Position numbers and translations under genes: made by a program. A stretch of 33,169 bases of DNA from Anaerohalosphaeraceae bacterium (GTDB lineage Bacteria; Planctomycetota; Phycisphaerae; Sedimentisphaerales; Anaerohalosphaeraceae). The notes beneath the pieces are model-generated. The model saw only the letters and a list, made by a program, of their open reading frames with translations. It did not search any database and was not told the origin of the DNA. Below, in pieces: positions 17,564 through 26,859 of this stretch. The stretch lies in NCBI GenBank assembly GCA_050309605.1, contig JBNRMN010000095.1, positions 1 through 33,169 of the forward strand. Direction: 5' to 3'. Each line of letters opens with the position of its first letter. The stretch's first letter is position 1.

Positions 17564-18837
17564 GGACGTCCCTTTCGCTCGGTCTCCAGCAGCATCTTGC
17601 GAATCAATTCGGCAGCTTGCAACTGATCCCAAACCCGTTCATCCTGTGCAGACTGTTTGAGGTAGCAAATCGGACCGTGCAGGACTTTTTTGACCAGCGA
17701 CACGGCGAAACGTTCCAGCACCTCGCGCTGCGCCGGGTCAAATTGCCCGCCGTACCGCTGCACTTCCGACCGGGCCAAAGCGCGATAAGTCCGCACCAGT
17801 TCACTGACCACATCTTTAATGTTCAGACTGTCCAGCCATTGATGATAACGCTGGACATGGTCGGCAATGAGGCGTTCGGCTTCGGGAATTTGCGCACTGC
17901 GCCGCTGAAGATTGGTTTGTACCTGCCGGTCGAGGTCCTCGATATTGAACAGCCGCACGCCGTTGATTTGTGCCAATTCCGGATCGACATCTCGCGGCAC
18001 GGCAATATCCACAATCACCACCGGCTCGGTGCGCTGACTGAACAGATAGGCATAATCGGCGACGGTCAAGACGGGCTTTTCCGAAGCGGTGGAACAGAGT
18101 ATCAAATCCGCCCGACCAGCCAGCTCCGGCAGCGCTTCGAGGGTATGAGGGCGCCCTGTCTTAAGACGGGCGCACAAGTCATCGGCAGTGTCCAATGTGC
18201 GACTGAGCACCTCCAGCCGACCGATGCCGCGTTTGACCAGATGCGTCGCGGCCAAGGCCGCATTTTCACCGGCGCCGACCAGAATCACTGACGCACCGGC
18301 CAGATTGACCTGCTCGGCGGCCAGTTCCACCGCCGCGGCGCTGATCGAAACCGCCCCGGTGTTGATATCGGTCCGCGTGCGAACGCTTTTGGCCGCACGA
18401 AACGTACAATGCAGCAGCCGATGCAGAAAAAATCGACTTGTGCCTTCCTCAATCGAGGCCGAGTAGGCATCTTTGACCTGCCGAAGAATCTGATTTTCGC
18501 CGAGCATCTGAGAATCCAGCCCCGCCGCGACCCGAAACAGATGCTCAACTGCGGCGATCCCTTCATAGATGTAATGATGATTGCGCCAGACGTCGAGGCC
18601 ATTGGGGTTCAGTTCCGCGATCAACCGCCGGACAAACGCCTCGGTATCGGCCGCCGCGGCGGCATACAGATACAACTCCGTCCGGTTGCAGGTACACAAT
18701 GCCAGCCCTTCGTGAATCTGCGGCTCCTGGTGAATCGCGCGCAGAATCTGCCGCTGCTGAGAGGCCGTAAAGACCACCGGCTCACGCTCACTCAGCGTCG
18801 TTTCGTGAAAACTGATTCCACAGCAGATCAATCGCAT
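17560..18837 (-). CDS. hemA: Glutamyl-tRNA reductase
   Basis: TCNRTE, HLFRVAAGLDS..LGENQI..QVK, GAGEN, DIAVPRDVD. Start probably ATG 18837 (alternatives 18846/18849) rather than 18891. Confidence 0.96.
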   Translation of the reverse strand: MRLICCGISFHETTLSEREPVVFTASQQRQILRAIHQEPQIHEGLALCTCNRTELYLYAAAAADTEAFVRRLIAELNPNGLDVWRNHHYIYEGIAAVEHLFRVAAGLDSQMLGENQILRQVKDAYSASIEEGTSRFFLHRLLHCTFRAAKSVRTRTDINTGAVSISAAAVELAAEQVNLAGASVILVGAGENAALAATHLVKRGIGRLEVLSRTLDTADDLCARLKTGRPHTLEALPELAGRADLILCSTASEKPVLTVADYAYLFSQRTEPVVIVDIAVPRDVDPELAQINGVRLFNIEDLDRQVQTNLQRRSAQIPEAERLIADHVQRYHQWLDSLNIKDVVSELVRTYRALARSEVQRYGGQFDPAQREVLERFAVSLVKKVLHGPICYLKQSAQDERVWDQLQAAELIRKMLLETERKGRP

Positions 18838-18875
18838 TCGGAACATCATAGCGGCAACGCCGCCAAATGCAAGCG

Positions 18876-19838
18876 CTACGCCTTGGACCAAATGCGCGTA
18901 TTGAGGTTCAAATCCTCCACAATATCCGTTGCCAGACGCAGTTCTGAGACATATTCGAGGAGAGTCTCCAAATCGGTCGCGCCCAGCAGCTTCGGCTCAA
19001 ACAGATTGTCCCGCATCGAAAAAGCCGCATACACCCGCGAGCCGAAAAACGACAGAGAAATGTCCGTATTTAACTTCCGCTTCAGGGCGACGATCCGCTC
19101 CATCATCCCCGGCGAGAGGATATAGCGGGCTTCGATCTGATCATCGCTATAGACCACAAATTCACGCTCAAATTCAATATCCTCAAGTTTGACCAGTTGG
19201 CCGCGGGCGATGTTCCAGCCCTGAAGCGTTTGGCCGAACCGTCCCAGCAGTTTTTCCGCCCGGTCGGGCAGGACCACGGTGCGACCGTGAAAATCTTTAT
19301 GGAAATCGCCGATGAAAAACACGCCCTTGAAAATGGTATGCCAATGTGTTCGGCGATTTTTGCCGCTGCCGGAGCTGGTTTTATACTGGGCGTGGACCTC
19401 GGAAAATGCCACGTCCGTCTGCCCGATGCGTCCCTGAACAAGGTCTTCGCAGCGATAGCGGTCGATACGCTGCTTAAATAGTTCGGATTGTTGAAACTGC
19501 CGGCTCGAAATGCCCTGATCAGGATAATACCGCAGATTCGGCTCCATAAATTCAATGACCCCCCGCACGATGGTGTTCTTGAAATCACGTCGATAGCCGG
19601 ACGTGAACAGGACATACGCCGCCACCACGACCCCCACTCCACCAATCAGAATCAACGCAAAAAACACCGGTTCACCAGTCGGAATGGTCATCGCCGCGAT
19701 CACAATCGCTGCCGCAACCACAATGCCTGCGGTAATGAAACAGCCGTTGAGCGCACGACGACGACGCTGTTCGAGCGCGTCGATCTGCGTCTTTAACGTG
19801 GTATCATAAAAGGTTTGCAGGTCATTGGGCGACTTCAT
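18876..19838 (-). CDS. DUF3137-like membrane protein (LemA partner)
   Basis: Two N-terminal TMs, FSEVHA..., HTIFKGVFF..DF.K.F.G.T.V.PD, KLED.EFE..F.VY..DQIEARYILSP..MERI; adjacent to lemA. Confidence 0.85.
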   Translation of the reverse strand: MKSPNDLQTFYDTTLKTQIDALEQRRRRALNGCFITAGIVVAAAIVIAAMTIPTGEPVFFALILIGGVGVVVAAYVLFTSGYRRDFKNTIVRGVIEFMEPNLRYYPDQGISSRQFQQSELFKQRIDRYRCEDLVQGRIGQTDVAFSEVHAQYKTSSGSGKNRRTHWHTIFKGVFFIGDFHKDFHGRTVVLPDRAEKLLGRFGQTLQGWNIARGQLVKLEDIEFEREFVVYSDDQIEARYILSPGMMERIVALKRKLNTDISLSFFGSRVYAAFSMRDNLFEPKLLGATDLETLLEYVSELRLATDIVEDLNLNTRIWSKA

Positions 19839-19861
19839 GGGATGGCCTTTCCAATGCGACT

Positions 19862-20428
19862 TTACGATGGATTCAACAGCGCGCCGGCATCGGGTGTCTG
19901 TCGCGATTCCGGCTCAAATTGCAGCAGCGGCTTGCGGGCAAAGCCAAACATCGAGGCAATGATATTGGTCGGGAACATTTCCACGCTGTTATTATAGTCG
20001 GTTGCGGCGGCATTATACGCCCGCCGCGCGGCGGAAATCTGCTCTTCCAGCTCGTTGAGTGTCCGCTGAAGGTGCAGAAAATTGTCCGAGGCCTTGAGCT
20101 GCGGATAATTTTCCACCGTCATCCGAAACAAGCCGACCAATTGCGAGACGGCATTGTCCAGCATCACTTTCTCATCATCGCCGGCGTTGCCCTGCATCAC
20201 TCGGCGGCGGGCCTCGGTAACGGCTTCGAACAGCCCGCGCTCGTGGGCGGCATACCCCCTGACCGTCTCGACCAGATTCGGCACCAGATCCCACCGTTTT
20301 TTGAGCATCGCATCCATCGTGCCGAAGATGTTATGAATCTGATTGCGCTTGCCGACCAGACTGTTATACATCAGCACCGGAATAAGCAGCAAAACGACAA
20401 CGACAATGACCACGATGAGCCAGGGCAT
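19862..20428 (-). CDS. lemA: LemA family protein
   Basis: YNSLV, LKKRWDLVPNLVETV.GYA.HE, ENYPQLKAS.NF, ARR.YN, FPTNI.A. ATG 20428 has a GGAGGT RBS. Confidence 0.95.
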   Translation of the reverse strand: MPWLIVVIVVVVLLLIPVLMYNSLVGKRNQIHNIFGTMDAMLKKRWDLVPNLVETVRGYAAHERGLFEAVTEARRRVMQGNAGDDEKVMLDNAVSQLVGLFRMTVENYPQLKASDNFLHLQRTLNELEEQISAARRAYNAAATDYNNSVEMFPTNIIASMFGFARKPLLQFEPESRQTPDAGALLNPS

Positions 20429-20599
20429 ACTGAACCTCCGCAAAAAACGCTTGATCACGGCCAACATACGGCCGTCGCTCTTTGGCGTCAAGCCAAAAGA
20501 CGCTCGGGACAGCCGCGTGTTGCACTAAATCCTCGGTTGAACCTCAACAACCAGCCCGATCAGGCAGGCTGAAACATTTGAAACGGGACAGAAAAACGC

Positions 20600-21232
20600 C
20601 TATCGCTTCGGGCCGTACAGTCCCTTTTGATGAATATAGTCCAAAACCGGCTCCGGTACAAGCGATTCGACCGACTTACCGGCCGCCAGTCGGGTGCGAA
20701 TCTCGGTACTGCTGATATCCACCCGCGGGGTCGGGAGAATGTCTTTTTCCAGTCGGGCGACGCGTGTTGCTCCAAGAACGGGAATCAGGCGGCCCAAATC
20801 CGGCCGAGGCATCCGACCGCGATGCATAATGCAGAGACGGCACAGCTCCAGTACCTGCTCGATACGATACCAATGCTCCAGACACCGCACCGCATCGGCG
20901 CCGACCAGCCAGAATAAGGTCGCCGTCCGGCCAAATTGCGAGCGAAAATACAGAACCGTATCCAGTGTATAACTGGGTTCAGCGCGGCGCAACTCGCAAT
21001 CGTCGGCCTCAAAGCCCTCGTGATGTTTTATCGCCAGACGAATCATAGCCAAACGATCGTCTCCCGACGCAAACGGCCCGTCGCCTTTGTGGGGACTGCG
21101 ACGTGCGGGAATAAAGAACAGACGGTGTGCCTCAAGTCGGGCAAACGCATCGGCCGCTACCGCCAGATGACCGTTGTGAATCGGGTCAAACGTACCGCCG
21201 AACAGGATGATTTTTTGCCTTGAAGCCTTCAT
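20600..21232 (-). CDS. nadD: Nicotinate-nucleotide adenylyltransferase
   Basis: FGGTFDPIHNGH, SPHK, SYTLDT, LVGAD, ISSTEIR, V..YI...GLY. Start set at ATG 21232. Confidence 0.96.
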   Translation of the reverse strand: MKASRQKIILFGGTFDPIHNGHLAVAADAFARLEAHRLFFIPARRSPHKGDGPFASGDDRLAMIRLAIKHHEGFEADDCELRRAEPSYTLDTVLYFRSQFGRTATLFWLVGADAVRCLEHWYRIEQVLELCRLCIMHRGRMPRPDLGRLIPVLGATRVARLEKDILPTPRVDISSTEIRTRLAAGKSVESLVPEPVLDYIHQKGLYGPKR

Positions 21233-21688
21233 TGTTTCACACAACATCTGTTGAATTGTGACTGAAAAAAGACTCTGACAAGAAAAATTTTTCAAAAAAA
21301 TTAAAAAAAATCAGCACATCGCTTTCACTTTTTTTAAGCTCTCAACACCTCGACTGAACACACAAAGACGCGGTTGATCATAGAATAACCGCACGACCCG
21401 GCAAAAGTAAAGATTTAAATATTTTTAATGCTGACGGCTTATAGAAGGCATTTACAACTATTCGACTTCGTCGCCTATCGGCCGCACGACGATGCGATAG
21501 TCGTCGATTGAACAGGCACAACCGCTTGGCAGACGCTTCGGCAAACCGCCGTAAGTCCCTTGTAATCAAAAAATTTATGAAGGTTTGTTCTGGATTTTGA
21601 CGATACTTGTGTATAATAAAATGTAATAGGGAATGAACTGATAAAAGATGGCACTTTAGACAATGGATTGAAAGGAGGTGACAACGTT

Positions 21689-21844
21689 ATGGCAAAGAAG
21701 AAAGCCGCAGCAAAGAAAGCGACAAAGAAAGCGACAAAGAAAACAACAAAGAAGAAAGCCGCTAAGAAAAAAACCACAAAGAAAAAAGTAGCAAAGAAGG
21801 CAACGAAAAAGGCTGCAAAGAAAGCAACAAAGAAGAAAAAATAA
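21689..21844 (+). CDS. Small Lys/Ala/Thr-rich histone H1-like basic protein (51 aa)
   Basis: Hand translation: MAKKKAAAKKATKKATKKTTKKKAAKKKTTKKKVAKKATKKAAKKATKKKK*. Strong SD AAAGGAGGTG (21671-21680), TATAAT at 21612-21617 and a terminator right after. Too short for the ORF track. Confidence 0.88.
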   Translation: MAKKKAAAKKATKKATKKTTKKKAAKKKTTKKKVAKKATKKAAKKATKKKK

Positions 21845-21861
21845 GGCCTGAACAATTGCCG

Positions 21862-21904
21862 AAAAAGGAAGGTTTCTGCGCCACGGCTAACCTTCCTTTT
21901 TTTT
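21862..21904. terminator. Bidirectional intrinsic terminator
   Basis: AAAAAGGAAGGTT...AACCTTCCTTTTTTTT, between the convergent histone-like gene and the histidine kinase. Confidence 0.8.
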
Positions 21905-22032
21905 GCGCCCGCATGACGCACACCGCCGATGTATCACGAGAGCAAGACGCTGTGATCCGCCCGGCATAACCCATAAAAAAACAACGCAAGTCTATATTTT
22001 ACAAAGCGTTATCAATTCACCCGGACGCTGTC

Positions 22033-23862
22033 TCAGGGTGTGAAGCGACCGGTTCTTCCCTCGCAGGCGGACTGAACCAAGGGGATGCGCAGGGTAAACA
22101 CACTGCCGCGACCAAGCCGACTGTGAAGCGACAGGTCGCCGCCGAGCAGTTCAGCCAGTTTCCGCGTGATGGTCAGTCCCAGTCCGGTCCCGCCGAATCG
22201 GCGTGTCGTCGCTCCGTCCGCCTGAATGAACGCATCGAAAATCAGGTTCTGCCGGTCCTTCGGAATACCGATGCCGGTATCTTCCACATCAAAACGTATC
22301 CACGTGCAGCGGCTGTCCTCTTCGACAGACACATTGATATAGACATGTCCGGATTCGGTAAACTTGACGGCGTTGCCGGCCAGGTTGACAAGGCACTGCT
22401 GGAGACGGATCGGATCAATCATCACACGCGACGGCAAATCCCGGCTCAGAAACACTTCAAATGTCAATCCTTTTTGCTCGGCTGCCGGTTTGATCATCCC
22501 CTCAATCCGTCGAAGCAAGTCCGTCAGGCCGCACTCGATATGCTCAATATCCAGATGACCGGCCTCAATTTTTGAAAAATCCAATATATCATTGAGCAGC
22601 GCCAATAAGGTTCGCCCGCTGTCCCGAATGGTCTGAACGTATTCCAGTTGATCGGGCGAAAGGTCTTCTTCGACCAGTAAATCCGCAAAGCCGATAATCG
22701 AGTTCATCGGCGTTCTGATTTCATGGCTCATATTGGCCAAAAACTCGCTTTTGGCCTGATTGGCGAATTGAGCCTGCTCGGCCAACCTGTCGGCGCGTTC
22801 CTTTTCGGCGGCCAGTTCCGCGGTGCGCTGTCGCACCAATTGATCGGTTCTTTTGCGCCGACGTGCCAGATCGAACAGATACAGCACCACCAGAACCGTC
22901 AACACCAGCGTTAAGACCGGCACCCCTCCCGTCATCCAGCCGGAATAGGCGCCGCGATAGTCTTTTAACGACGCGACTCGCAAGTGCCAATCGGCATGGC
23001 CGAGTGTAATACGGCGGCTGAGCGTCATTGCCGACTCAGGGGAGATTTCCGAAGCCGGATCGGCGGAACTGAAACAGAGTCCATCCTCTCCGATCAACTG
23101 GACCGCCACGGAATGCTGATCGCCTTCAATCGCATGGCGCAACCCCTGCGGAACATCAAAGACGCCCGCAACAAACCCCTGTAAATGGTCGATGCGATCC
23201 TGCAGGGTTTGTTGCGGCGCATCGGCGGCATCATAAACCGGAGCCAGTAAAACCAACCGCACCTGCTTGTCCTGCGAAACAAACACATCGTTGTCCATCA
23301 CGGAAACGATCGTGTTTGTTCGAAGGGCCGTTTCAAACGCATCGCTGAAGGGTTTATGTGCCGACAAATCATAGCCGAACGGCGGCGCGTTTTCGGGATG
23401 CGGATTTTGATAATACAACGGCAGATAACACGATTGCCCGATTGAGCCGATATAATTGCCGGGACCGACAGAACGCTGAATATGAAACTGTGCAAGTCCG
23501 CTGCGGCGGGCGTGCATTTCAAAAGACTGTTTTTCGTCAAGGGGAACTTTGGGAATCCAGCCGAGCGTTTGAAGGCCTTCGCGGGACACCGATAACGGCG
23601 CGGTGAACCCCTGAAACTCCTGAGGCGTGACCTCCTCGCTGCACTCAAAAAAGAACTTCAGCTTCTGAACGCCTGTTTCGTAGCGTTCCAACAGTTTGGC
23701 AGCGTTGACCAGACAGACCGCAACATCCTGTTCGAACCGATGCACCGCTTCTTGATTGATGAGACGATCCGCCAGTAGATACATTGCCCCGCCGGCTGTC
23801 AAGCCAATCAGCAGAATGACTGCCGGCAGGCCGCATTGTATGATCGTTTTTCTACTGCCCAT
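22033..23862 (-). CDS. CHASE-domain sensor histidine kinase (HisKA + HATPase), no receiver domain
   Basis: Two TMs flanking a CHASE-like domain (VT..EF..F, LGWIP.V, GYDL); H-box [15 protein letters not shown]-box [11 protein letters not shown]1 DTGIGI, G2 GGTGLGL. Confidence 0.93.
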   Translation of the reverse strand: MGSRKTIIQCGLPAVILLIGLTAGGAMYLLADRLINQEAVHRFEQDVAVCLVNAAKLLERYETGVQKLKFFFECSEEVTPQEFQGFTAPLSVSREGLQTLGWIPKVPLDEKQSFEMHARRSGLAQFHIQRSVGPGNYIGSIGQSCYLPLYYQNPHPENAPPFGYDLSAHKPFSDAFETALRTNTIVSVMDNDVFVSQDKQVRLVLLAPVYDAADAPQQTLQDRIDHLQGFVAGVFDVPQGLRHAIEGDQHSVAVQLIGEDGLCFSSADPASEISPESAMTLSRRITLGHADWHLRVASLKDYRGAYSGWMTGGVPVLTLVLTVLVVLYLFDLARRRKRTDQLVRQRTAELAAEKERADRLAEQAQFANQAKSEFLANMSHEIRTPMNSIIGFADLLVEEDLSPDQLEYVQTIRDSGRTLLALLNDILDFSKIEAGHLDIEHIECGLTDLLRRIEGMIKPAAEQKGLTFEVFLSRDLPSRVMIDPIRLQQCLVNLAGNAVKFTESGHVYINVSVEEDSRCTWIRFDVEDTGIGIPKDRQNLIFDAFIQADGATTRRFGGTGLGLTITRKLAELLGGDLSLHSRLGRGSVFTLRIPLVQSACEGRTGRFTP

Positions 23863-24073
23863 TGTTGAGTTTTGAGAGCCTTAAATTAACATCAAAGGTT
23901 AAATATATACCCACAATATCTACAATAAAGTCCCGTTTCACACGTTTCATTTCGACAGAATGAAGCGACCATTTAACTGAAAAAATAGACTATACGCATA
24001 TTTGATATTGTAGATTCTATAATATTTTTTATGCAAAAAAATGACACAACCCTTTTGCCTGTTCAAAAAAAAT

Positions 24074-24101
24074 TTGCATACCTCCTGGTGCACGGTATAA
24101 T
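24074..24101 (+). promoter_or_regulatory. Putative sigma70 promoter for the HTH-membrane protein gene
   Basis: TTGCAT-N16-TATAAT preceded by an A-tract, about 100 nt upstream of ATG 24203. Confidence 0.55.
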
Positions 24102-24202
24102 AATAAGGAAGATCGCGCCAAACATTTCGCATTGAAATTGCGTGTTGATAACAGAATCTTATTAAAAATCATCATTAACCGGCAACATAAACAGGATAAA
24201 TT

Positions 24203-25234
24203 ATGGCTGCAAACTATTACAAAATGCAAGAGGTCATGGACAAACTCAAGAAAAGTGAAAAAGAGGTCCAGGACTTGGTCAAAGAGGGTAAACTCCGCCA
24301 ATATATGGATGCCGGAAAGCCGGTTTTTAAGGTCGAGGACGTGGACGCCCTGGCAGAAGACCTCTTCGGGCTTGATTTAACCGCCGGGGGGAGCGAATTG
24401 GACATTTCGGTTGAGGAAAGTGGCGAAATCACGCTTGAGCCGGATGAGGACGACAAAGAAAAAGCGGATAAAGACAAGGAAAGCGAAGGGGGATTCGGTT
24501 TGAGCCAAATGGGCGATCTGACCAGCGCCGATACGAATGTCGGTACCGTCGGCATCAATTTGCTCAGCGGCACGGAAGACGCTTATAAACTCACCGAAGA
24601 CACCAAAGCCGAGACCCAGGCCGGCGATATCGACGAAATCGAAAGCCTCGACGCCGATTCGAACCTTGAAAGTTTCGGCAGCGGGTCAGGATTGCTGGAT
24701 TTGTCGCTGCAGGCCGATGACACCTCGCTGGGGGCGGTACTGGACGATATTCTGCCAACCGGCGCCGAAGGCGGCGACATCGGAGCCGAACCCGTGGCCG
24801 ATGAAGTCGGCCTGGTCGGCGAAGCCGAAGAACTGGAAGGCAAAGCCGAAAGCGGCCAAGCAGCAGCCCAAATCGGCGGCGAACCTGCCGCTGCGCCCGC
24901 GATGGCTCCGGGCGGCCCGGCAATGGTTGCCGTTGCACCGGAAGACCCGGCCTCCGGAATTTACGGGGCGATGATGTTCCTGCCGGTGTTGGCCCTGATG
25001 CTGGCGGGAATTATTCTGACCGCCGCGATTCAGGATGTCTCGCCGTCGCTGTTGAAAACGCTGGTTGAAACCACCGTAGCTGATATCAACCTGATTTGGA
25101 TCGTGGCCGGTGTGCTGGGACTGGTGGTTTTGCTGATGTGGGCCATGACCGCGACCAAAGGTGAAAAAAAGCCCAAAGCAGCCAAACCTGCCCGCGAAAA
25201 AAAGGCGAAAAAGAAGAAAAATAAGGCTAAATGA
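24203..25234 (+). CDS. MerR/excisionase-like HTH protein with acidic linker, two C-terminal TM helices and Lys-rich tail
   Basis: N-terminus YY.MQEV...L..SE.EV..LV.EG.LR...D....FK.EDV.L resembles HTH_17. About 190 aa D/E-rich low-complexity region, two hydrophobic helices and a KKPKAAK...KKKKNKAK tail. Confidence 0.8.
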   Translation: MAANYYKMQEVMDKLKKSEKEVQDLVKEGKLRQYMDAGKPVFKVEDVDALAEDLFGLDLTAGGSELDISVEESGEITLEPDEDDKEKADKDKESEGGFGLSQMGDLTSADTNVGTVGINLLSGTEDAYKLTEDTKAETQAGDIDEIESLDADSNLESFGSGSGLLDLSLQADDTSLGAVLDDILPTGAEGGDIGAEPVADEVGLVGEAEELEGKAESGQAAAQIGGEPAAAPAMAPGGPAMVAVAPEDPASGIYGAMMFLPVLALMLAGIILTAAIQDVSPSLLKTLVETTVADINLIWIVAGVLGLVVLLMWAMTATKGEKKPKAAKPAREKKAKKKKNKAK

Positions 25235-25334
25235 CTGTTTTTTAAGAGTTTTGGAAACCAATTAGCCGATAGATACAAAGATGTGATTGCATGAAATTGA
25301 TAAAAAACAGGATGTTTTTTGAAAGGATTTGGCA

Positions 25335-26123
25335 ATGACCAGGAGCAGGTTTTTCGGATGGACACTGACACTGATTGTGATCGTGATGCTGGCCGGCGGC
25401 TGCGGCGTCAGCCAGCAGCAATATGAAGACTTGCAGGCTCAGAACCGTATTCAGCAGGATCGGATTGGTGAATTGGAGGCGGCCTTGTCGCAATGCAATC
25501 AATCGATCCAGCAAAAACAGCAGCAGATTGATGCTCTGCAAGGCCAATCCAGCGCCAATGTAGCGGCGCGAGATGCCCTGGTGGCAGCCCTTGAGGCGGA
25601 CCTGGAAGAAAAGAAGGCCTTGATTGCCAAACTGCAGGCTCAATTGCTGGAAGGCGGCGCCCCGCTGCCGCTGGAGCTGAACGTCCAACTCCAGGAATTT
25701 GCCCGAACCAGTGATATGATCGATTTTGATGAGGCTACCGGATCGCTGAAATTCAAGAGCGATCTGCTGTTTAATCTGGGCAGCGATGAAGTCCAGGCCG
25801 CCGCCGCCGAATCGCTGAAGGCTCTTGCCAATATAATGAATACCTCTGAGGCCAAGCAGTTTGATTTGGTCATTGCCGGTCATACCGATGATGTGCCGAT
25901 TCGTCGAGCCGCCACACGGCAGGCTCATCCGACCAACTGGCATCTGTCGGCGCATCGGGCGATTTCGGTATTGAATCATCTCGGCCAAAGCGGCATTGAA
26001 CAGGAACGTATGGCGGTTAAAGGGCATGGCGAGTATCGCCCGGTTGAGCCGAATCGGCCCAACAAAGGGGGCAACCCGGCCAACCGCCGCGTTGAAATTT
26101 TTATTGTGCCGAGCATGCGCTGA
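25335..26123 (+). CDS. OmpA/MotB-family peptidoglycan-binding lipoprotein with coiled coil
   Basis: Lipobox LAGGC, Q/E-rich coiled coil, then DLLF..GS, AGHTDDVPI, NWHLSAHRA, G.GEYRP and NRRVEI. Start 25335 (alternative 25329). Confidence 0.9.
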   Translation: MTRSRFFGWTLTLIVIVMLAGGCGVSQQQYEDLQAQNRIQQDRIGELEAALSQCNQSIQQKQQQIDALQGQSSANVAARDALVAALEADLEEKKALIAKLQAQLLEGGAPLPLELNVQLQEFARTSDMIDFDEATGSLKFKSDLLFNLGSDEVQAAAAESLKALANIMNTSEAKQFDLVIAGHTDDVPIRRAATRQAHPTNWHLSAHRAISVLNHLGQSGIEQERMAVKGHGEYRPVEPNRPNKGGNPANRRVEIFIVPSMR

Positions 26124-26152
26124 ACCTGTCCAAGGTCGAGGATAAGGCTCCC

Positions 26153-26614
26153 ATGGCTGAACGCACATTGATCATTATCAAGCCGGACGCTGTCCAACGG
26201 CGGCTGATAGGTCGGATTGTAAGCCGATTTGAAGACAAAGGGCTTAAGGTCGTCGCCGCCAAGTTAATGCATATTTCCGAGGCGTTGGCACGTCAACATT
26301 ATGCCGTCCATAAGGGCAAGCCTTTTTTTGAGGGTGTTGTCCGGTATTTGTCCTCCTCACCGGTACTGGTGATGGTGCTGGAGGCGGATGGCGTCATCGG
26401 GATGGCTCGCAAGCTGATGGGCAAGACCTTCGGTAATGAGGCCGAGCCGGGCACCATTCGCGGCGATTTCGGGGCAAGCCGAGGGTATAATCTTGTGCAT
26501 GGCTCGGATAGTCCGGAATCCGCTACCTACGAGATCGGCCTGTATTTTCAGCCGGCAGAGATTTGTGCGTATGAGTTGGCCGGGGCCGACTGGCTTTACG
26601 GCCAAAACGATTGA
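26153..26614 (+). CDS. ndk: Nucleoside-diphosphate kinase
   Basis: ERTLIIIKPDAVQR, HY..HKGKPFF, PGTIRGDF, NLVHGSDS. Confidence 0.98.
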   Translation: MAERTLIIIKPDAVQRRLIGRIVSRFEDKGLKVVAAKLMHISEALARQHYAVHKGKPFFEGVVRYLSSSPVLVMVLEADGVIGMARKLMGKTFGNEAEPGTIRGDFGASRGYNLVHGSDSPESATYEIGLYFQPAEICAYELAGADWLYGQND

Positions 26615-26679
26615 AACGACTCTTTTGGCGGGCTGTTAAACCGATGCCGCATCCACACAATCCAATCCTCCTGATATCC

Positions 26680-26708
26680 AAAGCCCCTTTTTGAGGGGCT
26701 TTTTTTTT
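26680..26708 (+). terminator. Intrinsic terminator after ndk
   Basis: AAAGCCCCT-TTTTG-AGGGGCTTT followed by a T run. Confidence 0.8.
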
Positions 26709-26828
26709 GCTTCATCATCATTTTTTTTATGTTTGGGTCTGATAACAAACCGATTTATTGAATGGACACTTGCGAAAACTATTAATATTAACAATGTCTT
26801 CACTTTTTCTTTAATTCTGCTTCATTTG

Positions 26829-26854
26829 TGTGGTATAATTACCCTACAAAGGAG
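26829..26854 (+). promoter_or_regulatory. Extended -10 promoter and RBS of the flagellin-like gene
   Basis: TGTGGTATAAT (26829-26839) matches TRTGnTATAAT; AAAGGAG at 26848-26854. Confidence 0.6.
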
Positions 26855-26859
26855 ACTCG

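Noticed and set aside
21597..21617. TTGACG...TATAAT as a canonical -35/-10 pair for the histone-like gene
   Set aside because: The spacer is only 9 nt, so only the -10 hexamer is credible.
21475..21921. 148-aa Phe-rich minus-strand ORF resembling a membrane protein
   Set aside because: It is the antisense shadow of the Lys-rich gene; the SD and terminator support the + strand.
25335..26123. True flagellar stator MotB forming a motility locus with the flagellin-like gene
   Set aside because: It has a lipobox instead of the MotB TM helix with the conserved Asp, there is no motA, and ndk plus a terminator separate the two genes.
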